The position numbers and the translations under genes are program-made. DNA of 24,750 bases from IMG/VR virus record IMGVR_UViG_3300025875_000090, positions 1-24,750 of that record; one strand, written 5' to 3'. The notes under the pieces are model-generated. The model did not search any database and was not told where the DNA came from. It worked only from the letters and a program-made list of their open reading frames with translations. Below are positions 15,894 to 24,750 of the stretch, piece after piece. The stretch is from a virus (lineage: Duplodnaviria > Caudoviricetes). The stretch's first letter is position 1; every line of letters begins with the position of its first letter.

Positions 15894-16751
15894 GTGACCC
15901 TGCCCGTCGTCACCACCACGGACCTGCTGATGGGTCCCTACGTCATCTACACCGGGCCCTTCGGCATGACCGAGCCGCCCAACGCCAACGCCGCGATCCC
16001 CGCCGGCTGGACCCCGGCCGGCAGCACGCAGGAAGGCCTGCGGCAGGTCATCAACCAGACCTACACGAACATGGAGGTCGACGAGATCGCCATGCCCGTC
16101 GACGCCCGGCTGACCGCCCAGACGGTGCAGCTGGCCACCGCGCTGGCCGAGCACCGCCTGGACAACTACCGGCTGGCGTTCAACCTCGGCGGCCAGGGCG
16201 GCATCAACGAGGTGCAGACCCTCACGCTCGGCGCCGCGACGGCCGGGACCTTCACCCTGACCTTCGGCGGACAGACGACGACGGCGATCGCGTACAACGC
16301 CACCGCCGCCCAGGTGCAGGCCGCGCTGGAGGCGCTGGGCAACATCAACCCCGGCGACGTCACCGTCACCGGCGGCCCGATGCCGGCGCTGGTCTCGATC
16401 ACGTTCACCGGCCAGTACGCCGGCACCGACGTCCCGGTGCTCACCGGCACCCCGACCGGGCTCACCGGCGGCACCATCACCATCGCCACGTCCACAGCCG
16501 GGAAGGGCGGCACCAAGCTCGGCCTGAGCGGGAACCTGACCAACGCCTCCCCCCAGTTCCGCGCCGTCATGGCGAAGGGTCTGGGCCCGGCGGGCAACCC
16601 GCGGCTGGTGATCGCCCGCCGGACGCTGTCCACGGAATCCGTGGAGAACCGGTACAGCAAGGCCGGGCAGGGCTTCATCCCGATCACGTGGACCGGCTAC
16701 TACGTGTCCCCGTCGATCGACGCCTTCGTCATCGACGACACGCAGGCGTGA
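15894..16751 (+). CDS. major tail (tube) protein with an inserted accessory domain
   Basis: GWTPAGSTQEG...VDEI...TALAE..LDN..LA.N tube motif. Position before the chaperones and tape measure gene. Confidence 0.88.
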   Translation: MTLPVVTTTDLLMGPYVIYTGPFGMTEPPNANAAIPAGWTPAGSTQEGLRQVINQTYTNMEVDEIAMPVDARLTAQTVQLATALAEHRLDNYRLAFNLGGQGGINEVQTLTLGAATAGTFTLTFGGQTTTAIAYNATAAQVQAALEALGNINPGDVTVTGGPMPALVSITFTGQYAGTDVPVLTGTPTGLTGGTITIATSTAGKGGTKLGLSGNLTNASPQFRAVMAKGLGPAGNPRLVIARRTLSTESVENRYSKAGQGFIPITWTGYYVSPSIDAFVIDDTQA

Positions 16752-17248
16752 CCGTGGCTGCCTCCACCACGCCCCGGAAGCGCGCGCCGGCGAAGAAGAC
16801 GACTCGGGCGGCCGCCGCACCGCTGGCCGCCCGGGTCGACGACGCCGAGCTCGAACGGCTGCAGGCCGAGGTCGACGAAGCCCTCGCCCACGACGACAGC
16901 CCGGTCGGCCCGGATGGGGAGATCCGCCCCGTCGTCGTCGGCAAGAAGGGCAAGTCCGGGCCCGAGATGGTACACATCTTCACCATCGCCGACGTCGACT
17001 ACTTCATCCCGAAGCACCCGAGCCCCGCCGTGATGATCAAGTTCATGCGGGAGGCGCGGGATCGCCGCGTCGGCCGGGACGCGGCTGTGCAGAACGCGAT
17101 GATCACCCTCCTCGGATCGGAGGCGCTCGATGCGCTGGCCGAGTCCCCGGACACGGACGAGGAGGACGTCGCCAAGGTCTTCACGATCGTGGCGCACATC
17201 CTCTTCGGCTCCCTGAAGCGGATGCGGGCGGCCTCGGACCCCTCGTAG
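16748..17248 (+). CDS. tail assembly chaperone (gpG-like)
   Basis: GTGA overlap with the major tail gene. FTIADVDYFIP...LLGSEALDAL. Position before the tape measure gene. Confidence 0.8.
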   Translation: MTVAASTTPRKRAPAKKTTRAAAAPLAARVDDAELERLQAEVDEALAHDDSPVGPDGEIRPVVVGKKGKSGPEMVHIFTIADVDYFIPKHPSPAVMIKFMREARDRRVGRDAAVQNAMITLLGSEALDALAESPDTDEEDVAKVFTIVAHILFGSLKRMRAASDPS

Positions 17249-17637
17249 CGCGCGTTGAAGAGCACGGCTGGATCGTCGACCACCTCGACGACGTCTTCGA
17301 CGACCTGTCGGTGCTGCACCGCGTCGATGACCCGCTGGCCGAGCTCGACAGCGCGCGCTTCTTCAGGATGGCCAGCCGGCTCCCGCTCAGGGACGGCGCG
17401 GTCCGTGCGGCGCTCATCCAGCAGTTGCGGACAGAGCAGGAGATCGCGGCGGCGGACACCGCCGCCGCGACTCCAGCTCCTGCCCCGCCCTCGCTCTCGC
17501 CGTCGGCCGCGACGGCATCGGCGCCTGGTGCTCGCCCGGGCGCCCGGGTCGCGCACGTCGACGATCCGAGAGTCCTCGCCGCCATGACGCAGAACCGCCA
17601 GGGGTTCCCCAGCGTCGCCTACAAGGGAGGGAGGTGA
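17239..17637 (+). CDS. tail assembly chaperone, -1 frameshift extension (gpT-like)
   Basis: The -1 frame is open across the gpG stop (PLVARVEEHGWIVDHLDDVFDDLSVLHRVDD...) and has no evident RBS of its own. Confidence 0.75.
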   Translation, partial: PLVARVEEHGWIVDHLDDVFDDLSVLHRVDDPLAELDSARFFRMASRLPLRDGAVRAALIQQLRTEQEIAAADTAAATPAPAPPSLSPSAATASAPGARPGARVAHVDDPRVLAAMTQNRQGFPSVAYKGGR

Positions 17638-17641
17638 GGCA

Positions 17642-20600
17642 GTGGCCCGCACCGGCGGCTTCAAGATCGCGGACGCCTACGTCGAGATCAGCCTCGACCG
17701 CAGCAACCTGGACCGCGACATCGCCGACATCCCCCGACAGGCCGGCCCGGCCGCGGACCGGGCCGGCAACGAGCTGGGCGAGAAGCTCGACGGCGGCATG
17801 TCCCAGGCAGTGCGGCGCAGTCGCCGCCTGTCCGGCGACGTCGAAGACGCCGGCCGCCGCGCCGCACCGGCGGCCGACCGGGCGGGCCGCGGTGTCGGCG
17901 ACAAGATCAGCCAGGGCTTGTCCATGTCGGTGGTGCGCAACAGCCCCCTGATCGTCGCTGGCATCGCCGCCGCTCTCGCCGCCGGCGGCCCGGTCATGCT
18001 GACCGCCGCCACCGCGATGTTCGCCGGTATCGGCATCCTCGCGGCCGCGCAGAGCCAGCGCGTGCAGTCGGCCTGGCTCGGTACCTGGTCGACCATCAAG
18101 ACCGGCGCCATCCAGGACGCCCGCGTCATGGAAGGCGCCTTGGTCGGGGCAGCCGACCAGGTCGGTGACGGCTTCGAGCGGATGCGGCCACGGCTGCGAG
18201 ACGCCTTCTCGGCCGCCACACCGCAGGTCAACGTCTTCACCCAGGGCGTCCTGTCGCTGGCCGAGAACGCCCTGCCCGGGCTCGTGCGCGCGGTCGAGCG
18301 CGGCATGCCGGTCACGATGGGCTTCGCCAGCTTCCTGGGCAGCACCGGCACCGGGCTGACCAACTTCTTCGACGCCATCAGTTCCCACAGCCCGGCGGCC
18401 GGGACGGCGTTCGACGCCCTGGGCCGGATCATCGCCGCGCTGCTGCCCATCCTCGGCGAGCTCCTCGGCCAGGGCGCCGAGCTGGCGGCCGTCGTACTGC
18501 CGCCGGTCGCGTCCATCCTGGAGGTGGTGGCGCGGGCGCTGGCCTCGGTCGGCGACGTCCTGCCGATCGTCGCCATGGGCTTCGGCGCGCTGAAGGTGGG
18601 CAGCGGCCTCACGTCGATGTTCGAGGGGCTGACCACTCGGCTGACCGCCAACGCGGCCGCTGGCGGTGCGCTCTCCACGGTCAGCGGCTCGCTGGCCGGC
18701 GGCATGGGCAGGGTCGCCTCGGTCGCCGGGCCGCTGGGCATCGCGCTGGCCGCCATCGCGCTGGCCTACCAGCACGGCAAGCAGGAGGCCCGGGAGTTCG
18801 GCCAGGCGATGCTCGACGGCGGCCAGGCCGCTCAGGACGCCGCTCAGCAGGCGGCCGCCAACGACGTCACCGGAAAGCTGCTGCAGGGCTTCCCTCTGCT
18901 GTCCGCCGCCTTCAACCTGTTCACCTCGGACACCAAGGAGGCCAAGGCCGCGTCGCGAGACCTGTTCGCCTCGATGAACGACGGCGAGCAGGCCGCTCAG
19001 ATGGTGAAGCTGCGCACCAACGAGCTGGCCGACGCCGTCAGCGAGTACGGCGCGAACTCCCCCGCGGCCCGATCTGCAGCTGAGGCGCTGACCGCCGCTC
19101 AGCGAGAACAGGAGCGAGCGAACGGTGAGCTGGAGACGGCGATCCACGGCGTCACCGCCGCCATGGTCGAGCAGACCAACCAGGCGATGGCAGCGGTCGA
19201 CTCCGGGTTCGCCTACCAGAACTCGCTGAACCAGCTAGAGGACGCCCAGGCCGCGCTGGCAGAAGCCCAGGCGCACGTCAACGACACCAACGAGGACACC
19301 CGCACCAGCAGCGAGGACGTCGCGCGCGCGCAGCTGGCGGTCGCCGAGCAGGCGTACGCCACCGCGCAGGCGTTCGGTCAGCAGCAGGCCGACATGTCCG
19401 GGGCCAAGTCGGGGACCGAGGAGTACACGCGGATCCTGCAGCAGCAGACGCTGCAGCGTCTGTACGAGCTGCGTGACGCCGCCGGGCCCGAGCTGGCCGC
19501 GTCGCTCTCCCAGCAGATCTCCATGCTCGAGGCCTCCGGCGTCAGCCTGCAGGAGACCGGGGCCGCCGCGGCCGCGGTCACCCAGCGGATGCAGGGCATG
19601 GGCTTGTCGGTGCAGCAGGTGCCCGGCTACAAGGGCGTGATCATCGACGCGCCGACCGACGACCAGCGCCGCCGGATCGAGGACCTCGGCTACCGCATCG
19701 TCACCCTGCCGGACGGCAGCGTCTACGTGGTGGCGAACACCGCCGACGCCCAGCGCGAGATCAACGCGCTGACCGCCACCCGCACCGTGAAGATCGTCGC
19801 GCAGGCTGTCGGCAACCTGAACCCCTTCCGTGCCACCGGCGGCTCCGTCGGCCGAGGGTTGTCCGTCGGCGGCAAGGTCGACGGGCCCGGCGGGCCGACC
19901 GACGACGCCGTCGGACCCTTCCCCACGGTGCGGGGTGACACCTGGCTGTCCGACGACGAGTGGGTCATCAAGGCCGCGTCCGCGAACCACTACGGCAACG
20001 TGCTGATGAAGGCCGTGAACGACGGCACCGCGCGCATCAGCCTCCCCGGTCGGGGCCGGGCGGGCGGCGGGTCCGTCGGCGGCGCACTGCCCGCCGGCCT
20101 GCTGGAGCAGCTCATCCCTGCCGGCTTCTACCGGCGTCTCACCGACTCCGTCGGTGCTGGCGTGGCCGACTCCGTTGACGACTCAGCACCACTGCTCACG
20201 CAGGCGATGCTCGCTTCACTGCCGCCGGTCACCGCGGCCGTGCAGGCGGCCACCCCGGACCTGTGGTCGGCGGTGAGCGCGGCAGCGCCTGCGCTGATGG
20301 CAGGCGTCCAGCAAGCGTCCCCAGCTCTGCACGCCGCGGTGGTGGCTGCCGCGCCGTCGCTGACCAACGCGATCGTGGTCGGCGGCGGCCAGATCAGCGA
20401 GCAGCTGCGCCAGACGCTGTCGGCCGGCCAGCCGTCCGCCGCTACCGGCACCGGTGGCGGTGCATCCGACCTGGCCCGGGGCGCTCAGGAGATCCTCAAC
20501 GCCTGGCGGGGCGGGGCCAAGCTGTACGAGGACTTCTCCTACGCCGGGATGAACAGCGTCGGCGGCATCGGCGGCCGCATGCAGGACCAGATCGCGGACC

Positions 20601-20944
20601 TGTACTACGCCCAGGGCGGCGCCTTCCCCGACTCGCGCCGGGTCGAGGCCTTCTTGACTGGGCTCGCCGGTCGGGCACGCGGGGGATGGACCCCGCCGGG
20701 CGTGTACGCGGTCGGCGAGGAAGGCCCCGAGCTGCTCACTGTGCCCCGCGCCGGCTACGTGTCCTCGGCCGATGAGACAAGAGCGCTGCTGGCCGGGGCA
20801 CGCGCCGGCGAAGGCGGCACCACGATCCACGTCGCCGAGGTCAACGTCCGCGGCACCTTCGACTTCACCGACCCCGCCGCCACCCGCCGCGCGGCGCAGG
20901 CCTTCCGCGAAGCGCTCATCGCACTGGAACGGGAGCAGAGCTGA
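17642..20944 (+). CDS. tape measure protein
   Basis: 1100 aa, Ala/Gly-rich and helical. IADAYVEI N-terminus, hydrophobic segments, GGKVDGPGGPTDD...LSDDEWV and YAVGEEGPEL C-terminal motifs. Confidence 0.95.
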   Translation: MARTGGFKIADAYVEISLDRSNLDRDIADIPRQAGPAADRAGNELGEKLDGGMSQAVRRSRRLSGDVEDAGRRAAPAADRAGRGVGDKISQGLSMSVVRNSPLIVAGIAAALAAGGPVMLTAATAMFAGIGILAAAQSQRVQSAWLGTWSTIKTGAIQDARVMEGALVGAADQVGDGFERMRPRLRDAFSAATPQVNVFTQGVLSLAENALPGLVRAVERGMPVTMGFASFLGSTGTGLTNFFDAISSHSPAAGTAFDALGRIIAALLPILGELLGQGAELAAVVLPPVASILEVVARALASVGDVLPIVAMGFGALKVGSGLTSMFEGLTTRLTANAAAGGALSTVSGSLAGGMGRVASVAGPLGIALAAIALAYQHGKQEAREFGQAMLDGGQAAQDAAQQAAANDVTGKLLQGFPLLSAAFNLFTSDTKEAKAASRDLFASMNDGEQAAQMVKLRTNELADAVSEYGANSPAARSAAEALTAAQREQERANGELETAIHGVTAAMVEQTNQAMAAVDSGFAYQNSLNQLEDAQAALAEAQAHVNDTNEDTRTSSEDVARAQLAVAEQAYATAQAFGQQQADMSGAKSGTEEYTRILQQQTLQRLYELRDAAGPELAASLSQQISMLEASGVSLQETGAAAAAVTQRMQGMGLSVQQVPGYKGVIIDAPTDDQRRRIEDLGYRIVTLPDGSVYVVANTADAQREINALTATRTVKIVAQAVGNLNPFRATGGSVGRGLSVGGKVDGPGGPTDDAVGPFPTVRGDTWLSDDEWVIKAASANHYGNVLMKAVNDGTARISLPGRGRAGGGSVGGALPAGLLEQLIPAGFYRRLTDSVGAGVADSVDDSAPLLTQAMLASLPPVTAAVQAATPDLWSAVSAAAPALMAGVQQASPALHAAVVAAAPSLTNAIVVGGGQISEQLRQTLSAGQPSAATGTGGGASDLARGAQEILNAWRGGAKLYEDFSYAGMNSVGGIGGRMQDQIADLYYAQGGAFPDSRRVEAFLTGLAGRARGGWTPPGVYAVGEEGPELLTVPRAGYVSSADETRALLAGARAGEGGTTIHVAEVNVRGTFDFTDPAATRRAAQAFREALIALEREQS

Positions 20945-22125
20945 TGTGGGGGAAGGTCACGGTCGGCGGCGTCGAGCTCCGTGAGGAGCTGCAGGTGTCC
21001 GAGGACCCCGGCGGCCTGCAGGTGTCTGGGCAGGAATCGTCGCCTCCGAAGAGCGCGACCGTCGTAGGCGCTGCGCACCACAACCTGCTGGGCCTCGATG
21101 GGCGCATCGTCCCGGTGGTTTTCACCGACAAGGTCGGGTTGACGGGCTTCTACCAGGTGAGCTCCGTCCGCAGCGACTTCATGCGCTGGGCCAACGGCGC
21201 GGTGCAGACGACGACCTGGCAGCTGACCCTCACCCGCGTCGGCTCGGCCGAGGACGTCGAGATCGAGTCCCGCGTCCCCCTCATCGCGCGCAGCGACGAG
21301 CTCGCCGGCACGCAGACCGCCACCTTCTGGCACGCACCGCCGGGGGGCACCACGAGCTACCTGACGGGCAGCGTCGTCCCGGCCGCGGGGGTGGACAGGG
21401 CCAGCGCCGACGGGACCGTGCGCGTGCACCTCGGGCTGCCGATCGACTCGCCGCGGTGGACGGTCCGCGCTGCGGACTACCTCACCGGCGCAGCCCGCAT
21501 CCTGCTCAGCGGCATCCTGCGAACCGGTACCCGCACGCCGCCGGCCGCCGACACCTGGGAGCTGTCCAATGCCCTCGTCCGGATCACGCCCTCCGCCTCC
21601 GGCGGGCTGACCGTCGAGGCGTGGCGCGCCGCGGCCTGGAGGTCGCCGAAGACGTACCAGCTGACCGTCAACGGGACGGCCGTCACCACGACTCCGGAGC
21701 TGACCATCCTCCGGAACGACCCCGAGGAGGCCGCCGTCCGCCTGACCTACCCCGGCACCCCCGGGCGGCTGACCGTTGACCTGTCGCTGCGCCGCGGCGG
21801 ACGCTTCGTCACCGGCGTCGTCAAGCGGCACTCCGCGGCCAACCTCGGCGTCACCCGGACGGCAGCCGAGACCGCCGCCGCGGTGACCGGCGGCCTGCGG
21901 GCGACCGCTGCGGACAGCGACGGGAACCGCTTCGTCATGGGATCCAGCCGGACGCTCACGACCACCACCGCGACCGCCTCGATCACCAAGAGCGCGACGT
22001 CGACCTTCGATTTCTACGTCGGACACGAGGTCGGGACCACTCCCGCCTCCGGGGACGCGGCCGCGGACCTCTTCGCCCAGTACCTGGGTGCGACCGGCGA
22101 GCGGATCCGCGTGGTCCGCCGGTGA
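20944..22125 (+). CDS. minor tail protein (distal tail position)
   Basis: TGATG-coupled to the tape measure gene. 393 aa, Thr/Val-rich beta composition. Confidence 0.75.
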   Translation: MWGKVTVGGVELREELQVSEDPGGLQVSGQESSPPKSATVVGAAHHNLLGLDGRIVPVVFTDKVGLTGFYQVSSVRSDFMRWANGAVQTTTWQLTLTRVGSAEDVEIESRVPLIARSDELAGTQTATFWHAPPGGTTSYLTGSVVPAAGVDRASADGTVRVHLGLPIDSPRWTVRAADYLTGAARILLSGILRTGTRTPPAADTWELSNALVRITPSASGGLTVEAWRAAAWRSPKTYQLTVNGTAVTTTPELTILRNDPEEAAVRLTYPGTPGRLTVDLSLRRGGRFVTGVVKRHSAANLGVTRTAAETAAAVTGGLRATAADSDGNRFVMGSSRTLTTTTATASITKSATSTFDFYVGHEVGTTPASGDAAADLFAQYLGATGERIRVVRR

Positions 22126-24750
22126 TCACCGAGATCCTGCAGGGCCTCGGGTCCTGGACGGTGAAGCTGGAGGCGGCGACCCCCCGCTCCGTCATCGACC
22201 AGCTGGGCTACTTCGGGCACCTGGCGATCGTCGACGGGCCGGTCGACGTGCAGGGCACCGGCGACGGGCTGCTGCTCGCCGCCCGCTACGTCGGAGTCCT
22301 CCGCGAGCGGGACACCGACGCACGCACCTTCGGCGGCAGCGGCATGGTGTTCTGGCTCGGCGACGAGGACGACAAGGGCGACCTCATCGAGAACGAGCTC
22401 ACGCTGACCAGCGCCACGCTCGCGCAGGCTGTCGCCGCGATCCTGCCCACGTCGGTGCCGGCCGGCACGGTCTACCCGCAGCCCGACCCGGCCGCCCGCT
22501 ACACCGGCAGCCACCGCCTCCAGACCCGGCGCAAGGCGCTGTCCATCGTGTGCGACGCCTTCGGTGTCGAGTTCCGGGTGAACGGCAACGGCACCGTCGA
22601 CGTGGGCACCCAGGCCCAGCTGTACCAGGGGGTCCCGCGCACCGACGGCCGTCCCACCGCAGTCCTGACCCGCGAGCCCGGCGCCGACATCGACCTGGTG
22701 GCCCTGGAGGGTCAGCTGTCCTCGCAGGGCGCGGTCTACGACTACTCCAGCCGGGTTGTGCTCGTCGGTCAGACCACGGACGCCGGCCAGTTCGCCACGG
22801 GCGCGGCCGACGCACCAGGCGTGCCCTACCGGGACCTCCGCGGCAACCCGGTGAAGTCCACCCGCCTGATCTCGGAGTCCAGCGAGACCATCGGCTCGGT
22901 CGCCGCTCGCTCGCAGCTGCAGCTCAACCGGTTCAACCGCGTCACGCAGACGCTGCGCCTGCAGCTCGAGGACTACGTCACGGAGGGCACGTTCGAGGTC
23001 GGCGACCTCTGCTACGTCTTCGACCCCGACGCCGGCATCTTCGACCCGGCCCGCGAGCTGCTGTTCCGCGGCGACGTGCTCAACCCCGACGTCATCCGGG
23101 TCACCGGCGTGACCTGGCCGCCCTCGGAGGGGCAGACCGTCGCCTTCCGCACCGGTGCCGGCGTCTGGGTGGACCTGACGCCGTTCGTCGCCTGGGAGAC
23201 CGGCGGCGGCGAGGTGACCATCGGGGACCTGCCGGGCACCCTCACCCGCGGCGGGGACGACCCGCTGGCCCTCCGAGTGGACGCCTCCCGGTCCGTGGCG
23301 TCCACCGCCCGGCCGAACCCGCCGACCGGGCTGGCGCTGAGCAGCTTCGCGGTCCTGGACCCGCGCACCGGGCTGAGCTCCGGAGGCATCACGGCCGACT
23401 GGAACGCCCCGACGACCAACGAAGACGGCAGCGTCCCGGCGAACGTGGCCTACTACGTCGTCCAGTGGAAGTTGTCGAACCGGGCCGTCTGGGCATCGAC
23501 GTACACCACGGCCACCGATGTCGACGTCACCGCGATCCTCGACATGGACTACGACGTCCAGGTCGCGGCCGTCTCCGCCGGCGGGGTGATGTCGACGTGG
23601 GTCACCGCGGCCATCCACGTCACCCGCGACCTCATCGGGCCGCCGGCGCCGGCCGACCCGACCGTCGACGGCGACGGTTGGGCTGGCCAGCTGCGGGTCA
23701 CCTACACCGGGTTCACCGCGACCGGCACCCGCATGCCGGCGGACACGAACCGTGTCGACGTGCACGTCGGGGCGACTGCGGGCTTCACGCACAGCCCGGC
23801 GACGCTGCACTCATCGCTGACGCCGTTCGGGTCCGGTGTGGACCTCGTCGAGGCGGCGCCGGGCACCACGAGGTGGATCAAGCTGGTGCCGGTCGACCAC
23901 ACCGGCAACGAAGGCACCCCCTCCGCGGCGATCGCCGGAGCGGCCCGCCAGATCCGGGACGGCGACGTGCTGTCCATGTCGGTGTCGAAGCTGCTCGCCG
24001 GCACGGTGACCTCAGACATCGTCATCGCCGGCCGGATCGGCACTGCGCTGACCGGCGCGCGGCGTGAACTGAACGCGGTCGGCTTCCAGGCATGGGACGC
24101 CTCCAACGCTCTGACCATCTCCCTGGACGGCGTAAACAACCTGCTGACCGGCCGCTACCGGACCGCGCTGACCGGGCGCCGGCTGGAAATGGGACCGGTA
24201 GCCAGCTCGCTGTCCTCCATCGACTTCTACTCCCCCGAAGGCATCCGGTCGTCGATCTCGTCCTACTCGTACCAGGCCGCCGAAGTGCTGCAGATGGACA
24301 TGGGCGGCACCGGCCGGATCAACGGCTGGAACGGCATCCAGATCACGACGGCCGGCAACCTGTCGGTGCTCTCGCAGTCGCTGAACAACATGTTCGGCGG
24401 TGTGCCGGACGACGTGACCGGCGCCTGGACCGTCTCCTGGTTGCTGGACAAGGTGACGGGCTCCCCCTACGAGGGTCAGACAGTTCTCAGGATGGCCGCC
24501 ACCCCGACTTCGGTCATCAACTACTTCGCCGAGTCCGGGCAATTCTTTGTCGGGAAGTCGGCAGGCAACGTCCCCGTACAGCCTCGCCTGACCATCGCGA
24601 ATCTGACCACCGGGTTCATGCTCGCCCCGACCGGGGGCTTCAACATCGGCCGTTACCGGGTCAACAACATCGACACCTTCACGCTGTTCCAAATCGACCC
24701 GGCGGGGGTCCTGTACTTCGTTCCCTACGACGGTCTGTCCGGTTCCGTCC
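22122..24750 (+). CDS. large minor tail / host-specificity protein with fibronectin-III-like domains (partial, runs off the window)
   Basis: GTGA overlap at 22122. The frame reads MITEILQGLGSWTVKL... and is still open at the window end, which explains its absence from the track. FN3-like PNPPTGLAL...ADWNAP...YVVQWK...YDVQVAAV at ~23310-23630. Confidence 0.85.
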   Translation, partial: MITEILQGLGSWTVKLEAATPRSVIDQLGYFGHLAIVDGPVDVQGTGDGLLLAARYVGVLRERDTDARTFGGSGMVFWLGDEDDKGDLIENELTLTSATLAQAVAAILPTSVPAGTVYPQPDPAARYTGSHRLQTRRKALSIVCDAFGVEFRVNGNGTVDVGTQAQLYQGVPRTDGRPTAVLTREPGADIDLVALEGQLSSQGAVYDYSSRVVLVGQTTDAGQFATGAADAPGVPYRDLRGNPVKSTRLISESSETIGSVAARSQLQLNRFNRVTQTLRLQLEDYVTEGTFEVGDLCYVFDPDAGIFDPARELLFRGDVLNPDVIRVTGVTWPPSEGQTVAFRTGAGVWVDLTPFVAWETGGGEVTIGDLPGTLTRGGDDPLALRVDASRSVASTARPNPPTGLALSSFAVLDPRTGLSSGGITADWNAPTTNEDGSVPANVAYYVVQWKLSNRAVWASTYTTATDVDVTAILDMDYDVQVAAVSAGGVMSTWVTAAIHVTRDLIGPPAPADPTVDGDGWAGQLRVTYTGFTATGTRMPADTNRVDVHVGATAGFTHSPATLHSSLTPFGSGVDLVEAAPGTTRWIKLVPVDHTGNEGTPSAAIAGAARQIRDGDVLSMSVSKLLAGTVTSDIVIAGRIGTALTGARRELNAVGFQAWDASNALTISLDGVNNLLTGRYRTALTGRRLEMGPVASSLSSIDFYSPEGIRSSISSYSYQAAEVLQMDMGGTGRINGWNGIQITTAGNLSVLSQSLNNMFGGVPDDVTGAWTVSWLLDKVTGSPYEGQTVLRMAATPTSVINYFAESGQFFVGKSAGNVPVQPRLTIANLTTGFMLAPTGGFNIGRYRVNNIDTFTLFQIDPAGVLYFVPYDGLSGSV

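Noticed and set aside
22088-24067. 659-aa + strand ORF in the track
   Set aside because: Arg/Pro-rich off-frame shadow. The real gene is the frame starting at GTG 22122, which has no stop in the window.
3053-24692. Many long minus-strand and alternate-frame ORFs (e.g. 3915..5285, 5824..7044, 17414..19147, 22014..23810)
   Set aside because: They overlap well-supported phage genes and are the expected stop-poor shadows of high-GC coding DNA. They show no motifs or RBS.
22122-24750. Diversity-generating retroelement or invertible tail-fibre system
   Set aside because: No reverse transcriptase, recombinase or template/variable repeat pair seen in this window. It cannot be excluded downstream.

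Overview
High-GC window holding the late (morphogenesis) region of an actinobacterial siphovirus or prophage, almost all on the + strand. It begins with small upstream genes, a Cys/His-rich putative late regulator, an HTH gene and an HNH nuclease. A probable cos region follows, then terminase small and large subunits, portal, MuF-like protein, scaffold, head decoration protein and major capsid. Next come the head-tail adaptor and stopper, an inserted SGNH-esterase/Ig/lectin-like protein, HK97 gp10, tail terminator and major tail protein. The window ends with frameshifted tail chaperones, the tape measure protein and two minor tail proteins, the last running off the edge. The most unusual features are: (i) three antisense 'moron' genes, one GvpU-like, each with a -10-like hexamer exactly 7 nt before its start codon and each bracketed by an imperfect inverted repeat; (ii) an SGNH esterase whose first ~35 aa duplicate the small protein encoded before the major tail gene, suggesting a virion-docking tag; (iii) an apparently doubled head-stopper protein. 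All family calls come from motif recognition and gene order, not database searches.
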